From Planctomycetota bacterium (lineage in GTDB: Bacteria > Planctomycetota > GCA-002687715 > CAIWVZ01): a DNA stretch of 64,000 nt. Position 1 is the stretch's first letter. Every line of letters begins with the position of its first letter. The notes under the pieces were generated by a model that was not told the DNA's origin, did no database searches, and worked only from the letters and a program-made list of their open reading frames with translations. Below, in pieces: positions 29,834 to 39,258 of the stretch. The position numbers were made by a program, and so were the translations under genes. The stretch spans positions 256,001 through 320,000 of the forward strand of contig JBGANV010000004.1 of NCBI GenBank assembly GCA_044222185.1, written 5' to 3'.

Positions 29834-30643
29834 ATGTCCTTCAAAAGCCGTTTCTTTCACCGGATCCTGGAGACGCCCGAGGCTCGGGAGCTCCTGATGA
29901 ATTCGCTGGCGGTTGGTGAGGCCGATAGCGCGACGGACCTGGATCGCATCGCCGATCACATCCCGGACGAAGTGCTTTCACGGAAGGTCTACCGGCACTT
30001 CGCCGAAGAGAAGAAACACGCCCGGCTCTTCCAGCGGCATCACGAGTCCATGGGGTTCTTCGTTCGCCCGCTCCCGCCGGAACTCGACTACGAGAGACTC
30101 GTGCAGAAGCACGGGATGGGGACGCCGAAGGCCCGAGTCGACGACCCCCGACCGTTCGACGCGCACGACACCATTCTCTTCTTCTGCGGAAGCAAGGCGG
30201 GGGAGGAGCGTGCGTGCAAGGAAATGGCCGGGCTGATCGACGCTCTCGCCGAGGATCCGGCGACCGTGAACCTTCTCCGGGAGATCCACCAGGATGAGAT
30301 ACGCCACGTGTCCTACGCCACGGAGGAGCTGAACAAGCTGGCCGCGGCGGGGTTCCGGTCCGAGGTCATGCTGACGCTGAGGCGCACCCGGCGGGCCGAG
30401 GCTCGGGCTCATCGCACGGTCAGCCTGGCGTTCATGAGTCGCCTGATGAGGATCCTGGGATACCCCGCGATCCTGCGATTCCTCGGTGCGATCGCCATCA
30501 ATCTCGAGTTTCTCGCCCGCTGGGTGTTCCCCGGGACCCTCGACCAACCCATCATCCACAACGCCATGCCCACGCCCGCCGATCATCCGGCTGTCGCCGG
30601 CAGACGACCCGCTCGCATGTCGAAAGCCGGAGGCGCCGCGTGA
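29834..30643 (+). CDS. Ferritin-like (diiron carboxylate) domain protein
   Basis: Two E...ExxH sets: GEADS / EEKKH and GEERA / DEIRH. Stop overlaps the hpnJ start. Confidence 0.8.
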   Translation: MSFKSRFFHRILETPEARELLMNSLAVGEADSATDLDRIADHIPDEVLSRKVYRHFAEEKKHARLFQRHHESMGFFVRPLPPELDYERLVQKHGMGTPKARVDDPRPFDAHDTILFFCGSKAGEERACKEMAGLIDALAEDPATVNLLREIHQDEIRHVSYATEELNKLAAAGFRSEVMLTLRRTRRAEARAHRTVSLAFMSRLMRILGYPAILRFLGAIAINLEFLARWVFPGTLDQPIIHNAMPTPADHPAVAGRRPARMSKAGGAA

Positions 30644-32070
30644 AGACACTCTTCCTGAGTCCGCCGTCGTTCGATGGGTTCGATGGCGGCGCCGGCGCGC
30701 GGTACCAGGCGAAGCGGGAGATCCGCTCGTTCTGGTACCCCACCTGGCTGGCTCAGGCGGCCACGCTCGTCCCCGACTCCACGCTCATCGATGCCCCGCC
30801 GGTCGACATGACGATGGAGGAAACGGTCCGCCGCACGAAGGGCCACGATCTCGTCGTCATCCACACGTCGACGCCGTCCGTTCGCTCCGACGCGCGCACG
30901 GCGCAGCACCTGAAAGACCACTACCCTCACCTGAAGATCGGCTTCGTCGGCGCCCACACCATGGTGCTGCCGGAACAAACCCTGCGCGACGCGCCTGCCG
31001 TCGACTTCGTGACGACGGGCGAGTTCGATTTCGCCGTGAAGGAGATCGCCGAAGGCCGTCCCCTCGACCGCGTCGATGGCATCGCCCATCGGCTGGACGA
31101 CGGCACGATCCAGGTGACGGCGCCGCGACCGCCCATCCACAACCTCGACGACTTCGGGTTCGTCGTCGACGTCTACGCGAAGTTCCTCGACATCCCCAAG
31201 TACTACATCGGCTATCTCCAGCATCCGTACGTGTCGCTGTACACGGGACGCGGATGTCGGAGCCGTTGCACGTTCTGCCTCTGGCCGCAGACGATCGCCG
31301 GGCACACCTACCGCGTGCGCAGCGTCGAGCACGTGCTCGCGGAGATGACCCGCGCGAAGCAGCTCTTCCCCAACGTGAAGGAGTTCTTCTTCGACGACGA
31401 CACGTTCACCGACAACCGCCCGCGCGCGGAGGAGATCGCCCGCGGCTTGAACAAGATCGGCATGACGTGGTCCTGTAACGCCAAGGCCGACGTTCCCTAC
31501 GAAACCCTGAAGGTGCTGAAGGAGAACGGGCTGCGCCTGCTGCTGGTGGGATTCGAGACGGGAAGTCAGCAGATCCTGAACAACATCAAGAAGGGCACGC
31601 GGATCGACAAGGCGCGCGAATTCGCGAAGAACTGCCGCGACCTCGGCATCCTGCTCCACGGCACGTTCATCCTGGGATTGCCGGGCGAGACGGCTGAGAC
31701 GATCGAGGACACGATCCGCTTCGCGAAGGAGATCGATCCGTATTCGCTTCAGGTGTCGCTGGCGGCGCCGTACCCCGGCACCGAGCTGTTCGCCCAGGCG
31801 CAGCAGCACGGCTGGCTGCCGCAGGCGACCCACGACCTCGTGCAGAGCGGCGGGATCCAGGAGGCCGTGCTGACCTACCCGGGTCTGCCCGCTGCCAAGA
31901 TCCACGCCGACCTCGAGCGGTTCTATCGCGAGTTCTATCTGCGACCGAAGCCGATCCTGCGGATCATGCGAGACATGCTTCGCGATTGGGAAACGATGAA
32001 GCGTCGCCTCCGCGAGGGACGAGAGTTCTTTGGCTTCATGGCCCAACGCCGCAAACAGGCCGTCGGGTGA
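30640..32070 (+). CDS. hpnJ: Hopanoid biosynthesis-associated radical SAM protein HpnJ
   Basis: Diagnostic N-terminus TLFLSPPSFDGFDGGAGARYQAKREIRSFWYPTWLAQ, GRGCRSRCTFCLWPQT (CX3CX2C) and EFFFDDDTFTD. Confidence 0.95.
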   Translation: MKTLFLSPPSFDGFDGGAGARYQAKREIRSFWYPTWLAQAATLVPDSTLIDAPPVDMTMEETVRRTKGHDLVVIHTSTPSVRSDARTAQHLKDHYPHLKIGFVGAHTMVLPEQTLRDAPAVDFVTTGEFDFAVKEIAEGRPLDRVDGIAHRLDDGTIQVTAPRPPIHNLDDFGFVVDVYAKFLDIPKYYIGYLQHPYVSLYTGRGCRSRCTFCLWPQTIAGHTYRVRSVEHVLAEMTRAKQLFPNVKEFFFDDDTFTDNRPRAEEIARGLNKIGMTWSCNAKADVPYETLKVLKENGLRLLLVGFETGSQQILNNIKKGTRIDKAREFAKNCRDLGILLHGTFILGLPGETAETIEDTIRFAKEIDPYSLQVSLAAPYPGTELFAQAQQHGWLPQATHDLVQSGGIQEAVLTYPGLPAAKIHADLERFYREFYLRPKPILRIMRDMLRDWETMKRRLREGREFFGFMAQRRKQAVG

Positions 32071-32104
32071 TCGGGAGACCCTTCCCCGGGTTTCGTCCTG
32101 CGCA

Positions 32105-33232
32105 TTGAATCAAGCGGCGCTCATCGTCCTTCTCGTGTGGGTTCTCGCGGCCCTCGTGTCTCGCGTCCTCGGCATCGGCGCGCTCCGGCGCCTCGTGCGT
32201 GCGAGCGACGCGAGCGAACCATCGGAGGCGGTGCCGGGGCACTCGGTCGTGCTGGTGCGCTCCATGCACGGCGCCCCGCCGCGGTTCGGCGAGGCCTTCA
32301 CGAGCCTCTGTGAGGCCGGCCGCGCCGGCGGCGCACCCGTGCTCGCCGCGTGTTCCACTGCCGCCGACGACGCGGTCGCGGCGTCACGCCTCGTCAGCCG
32401 TGGCGTTCCAGGCGTCACCCTCGATCTGCGCGTCGGCACGGCGCCCTCGGGTCGCAACCCGAAGATGCGGACCCTCGTGGCCGCGACGCGGGATGATCGC
32501 TCGGAGATCCTCATCCTGACCGATGCGGACGTCCGTGTGCCGGTGGACCACGTGGCTCGCCACGGAGCCGCGTTCCGCGATCCCGCAGTGGGCCTGGCCA
32601 CGTGCCCCTATCGCAGCGTGCGGCATCGAAGCTTCGTGTCGCGTCTCGATGCGGCGGTCACGAACGTCCACTTCCTGCCATTCACGTGCCTCGCGGTCGA
32701 ACTCGAGGGCCTCCACTTCGGATTGGGTGCGTCGATCGCCGTGCGCCGCACGGCGTTGGAGAAGGCCGGACGGTTCGAAGCGCTGGTCGACGAGCCCGCC
32801 GACGACTACCGCCTCGCACGGAACGTGGAGGAGGCGGGGTTCCGCCTCGCCTGGGTGCCCCAGCTCGTGGATCACCTGCTCGAAGACGAAGGATTTCTGC
32901 GCGCGGCCCGGCGCCACGTGCGGTGGAGCGGGACCGTTCGCGTGAACCGGCCGGCCGGGTACCTGGGTCTGGCGGCGACGCACGGCGTGATCCCGCTTCT
33001 CGTGAGCGCGGTCATCGATCCCTGCATCGGCGTCCTGGCGGCGGGTTTTTTCTGGGTCGCGAGCGCGCTCTGGCTGATTCCTGTCCGCCGGGCCATCGGC
33101 TTCGGCGTCCTGGATCTGTTACTCCTCCCGCTCACGGATGCCTGCGCCGCAATGGTCTGGCTGCTGGGGCTCGTCGCTCCAGCCGGAGTCCCAGGCGCGC
33201 ACCGGGCCGGGCCTCATGGTTCACGCCATTGA
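32105..33232 (+). CDS. hpnI: GT2/ceramide-glucosyltransferase-like enzyme, bacteriohopanetetrol glucosamine synthesis
   Basis: GRNPKM, ILTDADVRV, VGLATCPY, ADDYRL and RHVRW motifs, adjacent to hpnJ. Start uncertain (TTG 32105; ORF open from 32030). Confidence 0.8.
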   Translation: MNQAALIVLLVWVLAALVSRVLGIGALRRLVRASDASEPSEAVPGHSVVLVRSMHGAPPRFGEAFTSLCEAGRAGGAPVLAACSTAADDAVAASRLVSRGVPGVTLDLRVGTAPSGRNPKMRTLVAATRDDRSEILILTDADVRVPVDHVARHGAAFRDPAVGLATCPYRSVRHRSFVSRLDAAVTNVHFLPFTCLAVELEGLHFGLGASIAVRRTALEKAGRFEALVDEPADDYRLARNVEEAGFRLAWVPQLVDHLLEDEGFLRAARRHVRWSGTVRVNRPAGYLGLAATHGVIPLLVSAVIDPCIGVLAAGFFWVASALWLIPVRRAIGFGVLDLLLLPLTDACAAMVWLLGLVAPAGVPGAHRAGPHGSRH

Positions 33233-33310
33233 GATTGCCTATCATGCCCCGCGATTTGCGCCGGCCGGAACGAGGTCGGTGGTCGAACTGACCCTGGAGC
33301 TCTGACTCGG

Positions 33311-34255
33311 ATGGAAGTGATCCTGTCGAACCCGCGTGGTTTCTGCGCTGGCGTCGTGCGCGCCATCGAGATCGTCGAGCGCGCGCTGACGATCTATGGC
33401 GCCCCCGTCTACGTGCTCCACGAGATCGTGCACAACAGACACGTGGTGGATGAGTTGCGCTCCAAGGGTGCGGTGTTCATCGAGGATCTCGACCACGTCC
33501 CGAGCGGCGCCGTCACGATCTTCAGCGCCCACGGCGTCGCCAAGGCGACCGTCGAGCGCGCCGTGAGCCGCGGCCTCCGGATCATCGACGCCACCTGCCC
33601 GCTCGTCACCAAGGTCCACCTCCAAGCCCAGAAGTACCAGCGCGACGGCCTGGAGGTCGTCATCATCGGGCACGCGGGCCACGTGGAGGTGGAGGGGACG
33701 CGCGGCCAGCTTCACGGTCCCGTGCACGTCCTGGGCACCGTCGCCGAAGTCGAGGCCCTTCACGTCCAGGATCCGGAGCGGGTGGCCTACGTCACCCAGA
33801 CGACGCTGAGCCTGGACGACACGCGCGACGTCCTCGACGCGTTGAAGCGCCGGTTCCCGCGGATCCGCGGGCCCGGGCTCGACGACATCTGCTACGCGAC
33901 CCAAAACCGGCAGAACGCCGTTCGCGAGATGGCGAAGTCGGTCAAGCTGCTGCTCGTGGTGGGTGCCCGCAACAGCTCCAACTCGAACCGACTGCGCGAG
34001 GTCGGCGAGCAGGCGGGCGTGACGTCGCACCTGATCGAGAGCGCATCCGATCTCAATCCGCAGTGGGTTCGTCCGGGGCTGCGCGTCGGCGTCACGGCCG
34101 GGGCGTCGGCTCCCGAGTTGCTCGTCCAGCAAGTGGTCGAGCGGCTGAAGACCCTGGGCTGCGACGAAGTCGTCGAGCTGGACGGCGAACGGGAAGGAAC
34201 CGTGTTTGCGCTTCCAGAGGCCGTGCTCGTTTCGCGGGGGACCGCGGGCGGCTGA
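33311..34255 (+). CDS. ispH: 4-hydroxy-3-methylbut-2-enyl diphosphate reductase
   Basis: PRGFCAGVVRAI, HEIVHN, DATCPLVTKVH, QTTLS, DICYATQNRQ, SSNSNRL and TAGASAPE. Confidence 0.97.
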   Translation: MEVILSNPRGFCAGVVRAIEIVERALTIYGAPVYVLHEIVHNRHVVDELRSKGAVFIEDLDHVPSGAVTIFSAHGVAKATVERAVSRGLRIIDATCPLVTKVHLQAQKYQRDGLEVVIIGHAGHVEVEGTRGQLHGPVHVLGTVAEVEALHVQDPERVAYVTQTTLSLDDTRDVLDALKRRFPRIRGPGLDDICYATQNRQNAVREMAKSVKLLLVVGARNSSNSNRLREVGEQAGVTSHLIESASDLNPQWVRPGLRVGVTAGASAPELLVQQVVERLKTLGCDEVVELDGEREGTVFALPEAVLVSRGTAGG

Positions 34256-34284
34256 TCGCCGGAACCCGAGCGGGAGAAAGCGCC

Positions 34285-35409
34285 ATGGGCGTACCGTTGA
34301 TTCAACAGGTTCGGGTCGGGTCGTACATCGTCGGGCAGAAGCTCCGCGGCCGATCGCGGTATCCGCTCGTGCTGATGCTCGAGCCGCTGTTTCGCTGCAA
34401 CCTCGAGTGCGCCGGCTGCGGCAAGATCGCCTACCCGGACGAGATCCTGAACCGCCGGCTCAGCGTTGCCGAGTGCCTTCAGGCCGTCGATGAGTGCGGC
34501 GCCCCGATCGTGTCGATCCCGGGCGGCGAACCGTTGCTGCACCCCGAGATGCCCGCCATCGTCGCAGGCATCGTCGAGCGGAAGAAGTTCGTCTACCTCT
34601 GCACGAACGCCCTCCTCCTCGAGAAACACATCGATCGCTACACGCCGTCCAAGTACCTGACGTTCTCGATCCACCTCGACGGCTTGAAGGAAGAGCACGA
34701 TCACGCTGTCTGCCAGGACGGAGTGTTCGACATCGCGGTGCGCGCCGTGAAGATCGCCCGAGACAAGGGATTCCGCGTCACGGCCAACTGCACGCTGTTC
34801 AACGACGCCGATCCGGATCGCATGGCGCAGTTCATGGACTTCGCCATGGACCTGGGCGTCGAGGGCGTGACGGTGTCGCCCGGCTTCAACTACGAACGTG
34901 CGCCCAAGCGCGACGTCTTCCTGAAGCGCAACAAGAGCAAGCAGCTCTTCCGCGACCTCTTCGCCCGCGGCCGCGGCAAGAAGTGGCGGTTCAACCAGTC
35001 CAGTCTCTTCCTCGACTTCCTCGCCGGCAACCAGTCGTATGCGTGCACGCCGTGGGGCAACCCCACCCGCAACGTCTTCGGCTGGCAGAAGCCGTGCTAC
35101 CTGCTCGTGGGCGAGGGCTACGCTCCGACGTTCAAGGCGCTGATGGAGGAGACGGCCTGGGACAACTACGGCGTGGGCAAGCACGAGAAGTGCTCCCAGT
35201 GCCAGGTCCACTGCGGATTCGAGCCGACGGCCGTGAACGACACGTTCGCGCACCCGCTGAAGGCGCTGCGCGTCTTCCTGCGAGGACCGCGCACGTCGGG
35301 GCCGTTCGCGCGCGATCTGGCCGACGACGGCCCCGCAGCGTTGGAAGATGCACGCTCGGCGCCTTCCGTCACCGTGACGCGCATCGCCGAGCAGGGGCAG
35401 CCGGTCTGA
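34285..35409 (+). CDS. hpnH: Adenosyl-hopene transferase HpnH (radical SAM)
   Basis: YPLVLMLEPLFRCNLECAGCGKI, LCTNALLL, CTPWGNPTRNVFGWQKPCYL and CSQCQVHCGFEPTAV. Confidence 0.96.
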   Translation: MGVPLIQQVRVGSYIVGQKLRGRSRYPLVLMLEPLFRCNLECAGCGKIAYPDEILNRRLSVAECLQAVDECGAPIVSIPGGEPLLHPEMPAIVAGIVERKKFVYLCTNALLLEKHIDRYTPSKYLTFSIHLDGLKEEHDHAVCQDGVFDIAVRAVKIARDKGFRVTANCTLFNDADPDRMAQFMDFAMDLGVEGVTVSPGFNYERAPKRDVFLKRNKSKQLFRDLFARGRGKKWRFNQSSLFLDFLAGNQSYACTPWGNPTRNVFGWQKPCYLLVGEGYAPTFKALMEETAWDNYGVGKHEKCSQCQVHCGFEPTAVNDTFAHPLKALRVFLRGPRTSGPFARDLADDGPAALEDARSAPSVTVTRIAEQGQPV

Positions 35410-35449
35410 CGGCGCGCGATTCGCGGACCGTGTCCAGCCCGGCGTCTCG

Positions 35450-36235
35450 ATGATCGGCGAACTGCTGCATTCGGTCGTCCACCGGCCGTACACGTTCCTC
35501 CTTTTCGCCGCGTACGTCGTCATCGCCGTTCGCAGGCTCGGCTGGCGGCGCGTCGCCGTGATGACGCCGGTCGGCTACGTCATCGCCTGGGCGTCCGAGT
35601 GCTGCTCGATCAACACCGGGTTCCCCTACGGCCCGTACCGCTACCTCGACGACGGGCTGCGCGGCGAACTGCGCGTCGCCGGGGTGCCTTTCTTCGATTC
35701 CCTGTCGTACACGTTCCTCGCGTACTTCGGGTGGGGATTCGCCGCCCTCCTTCTGTGCCCGATGGGGCGTGACGCGCGGGACGGCATCGTCCTGCGCGAA
35801 CCGCTCGAGGCGCGGCGAAGTGTTCGCGTCGGTCTTCTCGGCACGTTGCTCATGACGCTTCTCGACGTCGCCGTGGATCCGGCGGCCGCCCGCGGTGACC
35901 GCTGGTTCCTCGGACGCATCTTCGAGTACGGGTCTCCGGGCGGCTGGTTCGGCGTGCCGCTCTCGAACTTCGGCGGCTGGTTGTTGACCGGCGGCCTGAT
36001 CATCCTGGCCTATCAGCGCATCGACGCGTGGTTCGGGCCGGCGCCCAAACCGGGCAGGGGGCTGCGCCACGAGGCCTTCCACCCCGTGTTCCTCTACTTC
36101 TGCGTCGTCGCGTTCGCCGTGACGGTGTCGGCATGGATCGGCGAGCCGCTCCTCGCGGGCGCGAGCCTGATCGTTCATGCTCCCTTGCTTGCGTGGGCGC
36201 TGATCCGGCTTTCGCAAGCGCGTTTGGTTTCCTGA
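35450..36235 (+). CDS. CruF/DUF422-like (carotenoid biosynthesis protein family) membrane protein
   Basis: SE...INTGFPYGPYRY, GVP, LDVAVDP and FGVPLSNFGGW motifs. Confidence 0.82.
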   Translation: MIGELLHSVVHRPYTFLLFAAYVVIAVRRLGWRRVAVMTPVGYVIAWASECCSINTGFPYGPYRYLDDGLRGELRVAGVPFFDSLSYTFLAYFGWGFAALLLCPMGRDARDGIVLREPLEARRSVRVGLLGTLLMTLLDVAVDPAAARGDRWFLGRIFEYGSPGGWFGVPLSNFGGWLLTGGLIILAYQRIDAWFGPAPKPGRGLRHEAFHPVFLYFCVVAFAVTVSAWIGEPLLAGASLIVHAPLLAWALIRLSQARLVS

Positions 36236-36283
36236 ATTCCCTCAGACGATCCGCGTCGTCGCGCCTTAATCTGGCTGACGATC

Positions 36284-39214
36284 ATGGAACGCACGCTCGA
36301 AGTCGACACGCTGTTCGAGAACGCGGATTGGATCCGCGATCTCGTTCGGCGCCTCGTCCGCGACCAGGGCGACGTCGACGATGTGGTCCAGCAGACCTGG
36401 ATGGCGGCGTTGCGGTCGCCGCCGAAGACGCTGGATTCGCCGCGCGGCTGGCTCACGCAGGTCGCGCGGAGGTTTGCGTGGCAGATCGGGCGGCGCGACG
36501 GCGCGCGGCGCGCCGCCGAGACGGCCGTCGCACGTCCCGAGGTCGTCGTTCCGACGGCGGCCCAGCGCCTCGAACTGCACCGAAGGCTCGTGGATGCCGT
36601 CGGAGCACTCGACGAGACCTACCAGACCGTGGTCGTCCTGCGCTACTTCGAGGGGCTCCCGCCGCGCGAGATCGCGCGCCGCCTCGCGCTGCCGGCGACG
36701 ACGGTGCGGAACCGCCTGAGTCGGGCCCTCGATCAACTCCGCCAGCGCCTCGACGACCGGTTCGACGGCAGGGTGCGCTGGTGCCTGGCGCTGATGCCGC
36801 TCGCGCTCGGCGGGCGGCGGGGCGTGGGGGTCTCGGTTGTCGCTGCGGCAGTGGTGCTGTTCGTGGGGGTGGTGTCGTGGAGCACGTTCCGATCAGGCGC
36901 AGTCGACACGCTCCGCGCCGTGGGACGGCCCGCCAGCGAGACCTCCGGTCCGGTCGCGCGAGGCCCCGCAGCCGTTGGAGTGAAGCCGCCCCTGCAGGCC
37001 GCGGACGCCGCCCTTGCATCGGTACGCGGCGGCGCGTCTCGGCCGGCGTTGGTCGGGTTCGTCGTCGCAGATGACGTGGCCGTGAGCGGCGCACGCGTCG
37101 AAGCGTACGCCGTGGAGGCATCACCCGCGTCGCGTGCCGACGTCATGGCGCGTACCGAGCGCCGAGACGTCGGCGAGCCACCGGTGGAGGTCACGACGAC
37201 GGACGCCGCTGGTCGTTGGGAGTTCGTGGGCCTCGGGACGTCGCCCTGCAGGATCGAGGTCAAGGCCGCGGGGTTCGCCCGGGCGACCGTGGCGTCGTGG
37301 AGTGGGGGAGACGCGGTCCTTTCGGTCACGCTGCACCGAGCCGGCGTCTTCGAGGGCGTGGTCATCGATCCGGACGGCGATCCGGTCGTGGGCGCGACCG
37401 TCGATGCGATCTCGGGAATCGAGGCAGGCGTCGAGCTGGAGCGCCCACGCACGACGCGGACGGTCACGGCGCGAGATGGGACGTTCTCCGTCGACGTGGA
37501 GCCGCTGGTCGAACGCGTCGGCTGGGGCGCGTGGTGGCTCGATCGCCTTCGCTTCGAGCCCGATCTGCGCGAGATGCGGCTCACGATCCGGCACGGGGCC
37601 TTCGCGTCGCTCGTCCAGGTGCCCTGCATCGGGCGGCGTCGGGACGACGGACGTGTCGTCTTCGAACTGCGGCCGCCCCGCCCCACGGTCGTGCGCGTGC
37701 AGGCGCCCGCGGGCTGCGCCCTGCTGCTCGGCGTCCGCGTCTTCCTGCGACTTCCCGGCCGGCACTACGACGCCATCAGATTCCTCGACGCGTCGGGCGC
37801 GGCCACCTTCGCCGACGCGCCGGACGGCGCCGACGCGTTCGTTGCCATCGACGCCGTGGAGTGGCGTCTTTCGGACGGCGATGGTGACGCTCGCGGCTCC
37901 GAGCTTCGCCGCAAGACGATCGTCCCGGGTCCGGGCGGAGCCTTCATCACGGTCGCGATCGAGCATGCCCCTCGCCTGTCGGTTCGGGTCGCTGGTCCGG
38001 ACGGAGTGCCGGTCCCGGATCTGTCCGTGGAAGTCGCACGTGCGGCGGGCCCCCGCGACGCGCACGTCGCGTGGACGCGGCTGCGGACGGACGCGGACGG
38101 TCGCGCGTCGATCGCGTACGCGCCGCTCGCGGATGCGCGCGTGCGCGTGGCCCCCGGGCAGGCGTGGTGTGGTCTCGCGGACGAATCCTTGCCGGTGGAT
38201 GAACCGCAGGCGGGCGCTCGCGAGGCGGCCGTTCGCCAGGATCCCGCGGATCCCGGAGCGCGGGTCGTGCGGTCCGGTCTCGTCGAACCCGTGCTGATCC
38301 GCGTGGCCCGAAGCGCCACGATCTGCGGGCAACTCGTCGATGGCGACGGGCGGCCCGTGGGCGGACTCGCGTTCGAATGCGTGCCACCAGGGATGGCGGG
38401 TGTGACGGACGCTGGTGGCCTCTTCCGCGTGGCGGGCGTCCCATCGCGCGTCGCGCTGCGGTTGCGGTCGCGAGGTGCGGCGGGGGATCTCTCGCTCGAC
38501 GTGGGCTCCGTCGCCGCCGGTGAGTCGATCGACCTGGGAACGCGTGTGCTTGCGACGGCGCGACCGTTCACCGTTCGCGTCGAGAGTGCCGCGGGGGATC
38601 CGGTCGCGGGGTTGCGGGTCGATTGGTTCGCCGGGTCGGACCTCGTGCCGCACCGTGCGCGCCGGTTGGCGCAGGCGGTGACGGATGCCACGGGCACGGC
38701 TCGCGCGTTCGCGTTGCCGTCGGGCCCGTCTAGCGTCTTCGTGGAAGATCCGTGGATGCGTGGCCTCGCGTTGCCCCGGGACTTCGATCCCGTCGTCACG
38801 TTCGACGCCGGCTCCGGGACCGAGCGCGTCATCCGACTGGCACCGCTCACGGTCGTTCGCGGGATCGTCGAGGACGACGACGCCAGGCCGGTCGGCGGCG
38901 CGTGGGTCGTGGTCGCGCCCGTCGAGCCCGATCCGTCCGACGTGGCGTTCTGGTCGCGCCTGCTCAAGCTCCCTCCCGATGCCGATCCACTGCGGCTTCA
39001 TCCGTCACTTCGCGCGGCGGCCGGCGCGTGTGCCGGTCGCACGTCCCTGGACGGCGAGTTCTCCATACCCGTGGATGGCTCGAGGCCTTATGGCGTCGTG
39101 CGGGTGATGGAGCGGTCGCACGGCGTTGCCAGGGACACCGCGTCGGCGGTCGTCCTCGACGCTCCGCGGCTCGACCCCGGCGGCGTCCCCGTTCGCATCC
39201 GCATGCGTCGTTGA
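36284..39214 (+). CDS. ECF sigma-70 factor fused to a TM helix and repeated carboxypeptidase-regulatory-like (transthyretin-like) domains
   Basis: Sigma2 DVDDVVQQTW...RGWL and sigma4 LRYFEGLPPREIARRL...TVRNRLSRAL, then a TM segment and repeats such as GVVIDPDGDPVVGATV, TDADGRA and VDGDGRPVGG. Confidence 0.85.
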   Translation: MERTLEVDTLFENADWIRDLVRRLVRDQGDVDDVVQQTWMAALRSPPKTLDSPRGWLTQVARRFAWQIGRRDGARRAAETAVARPEVVVPTAAQRLELHRRLVDAVGALDETYQTVVVLRYFEGLPPREIARRLALPATTVRNRLSRALDQLRQRLDDRFDGRVRWCLALMPLALGGRRGVGVSVVAAAVVLFVGVVSWSTFRSGAVDTLRAVGRPASETSGPVARGPAAVGVKPPLQAADAALASVRGGASRPALVGFVVADDVAVSGARVEAYAVEASPASRADVMARTERRDVGEPPVEVTTTDAAGRWEFVGLGTSPCRIEVKAAGFARATVASWSGGDAVLSVTLHRAGVFEGVVIDPDGDPVVGATVDAISGIEAGVELERPRTTRTVTARDGTFSVDVEPLVERVGWGAWWLDRLRFEPDLREMRLTIRHGAFASLVQVPCIGRRRDDGRVVFELRPPRPTVVRVQAPAGCALLLGVRVFLRLPGRHYDAIRFLDASGAATFADAPDGADAFVAIDAVEWRLSDGDGDARGSELRRKTIVPGPGGAFITVAIEHAPRLSVRVAGPDGVPVPDLSVEVARAAGPRDAHVAWTRLRTDADGRASIAYAPLADARVRVAPGQAWCGLADESLPVDEPQAGAREAAVRQDPADPGARVVRSGLVEPVLIRVARSATICGQLVDGDGRPVGGLAFECVPPGMAGVTDAGGLFRVAGVPSRVALRLRSRGAAGDLSLDVGSVAAGESIDLGTRVLATARPFTVRVESAAGDPVAGLRVDWFAGSDLVPHRARRLAQAVTDATGTARAFALPSGPSSVFVEDPWMRGLALPRDFDPVVTFDAGSGTERVIRLAPLTVVRGIVEDDDARPVGGAWVVVAPVEPDPSDVAFWSRLLKLPPDADPLRLHPSLRAAAGACAGRTSLDGEFSIPVDGSRPYGVVRVMERSHGVARDTASAVVLDAPRLDPGGVPVRIRMRR

Positions 39215-39258
39215 CCTCACATCCCAGCGCTCATGGGCCAAATCTCGGAGGTTCGTTC

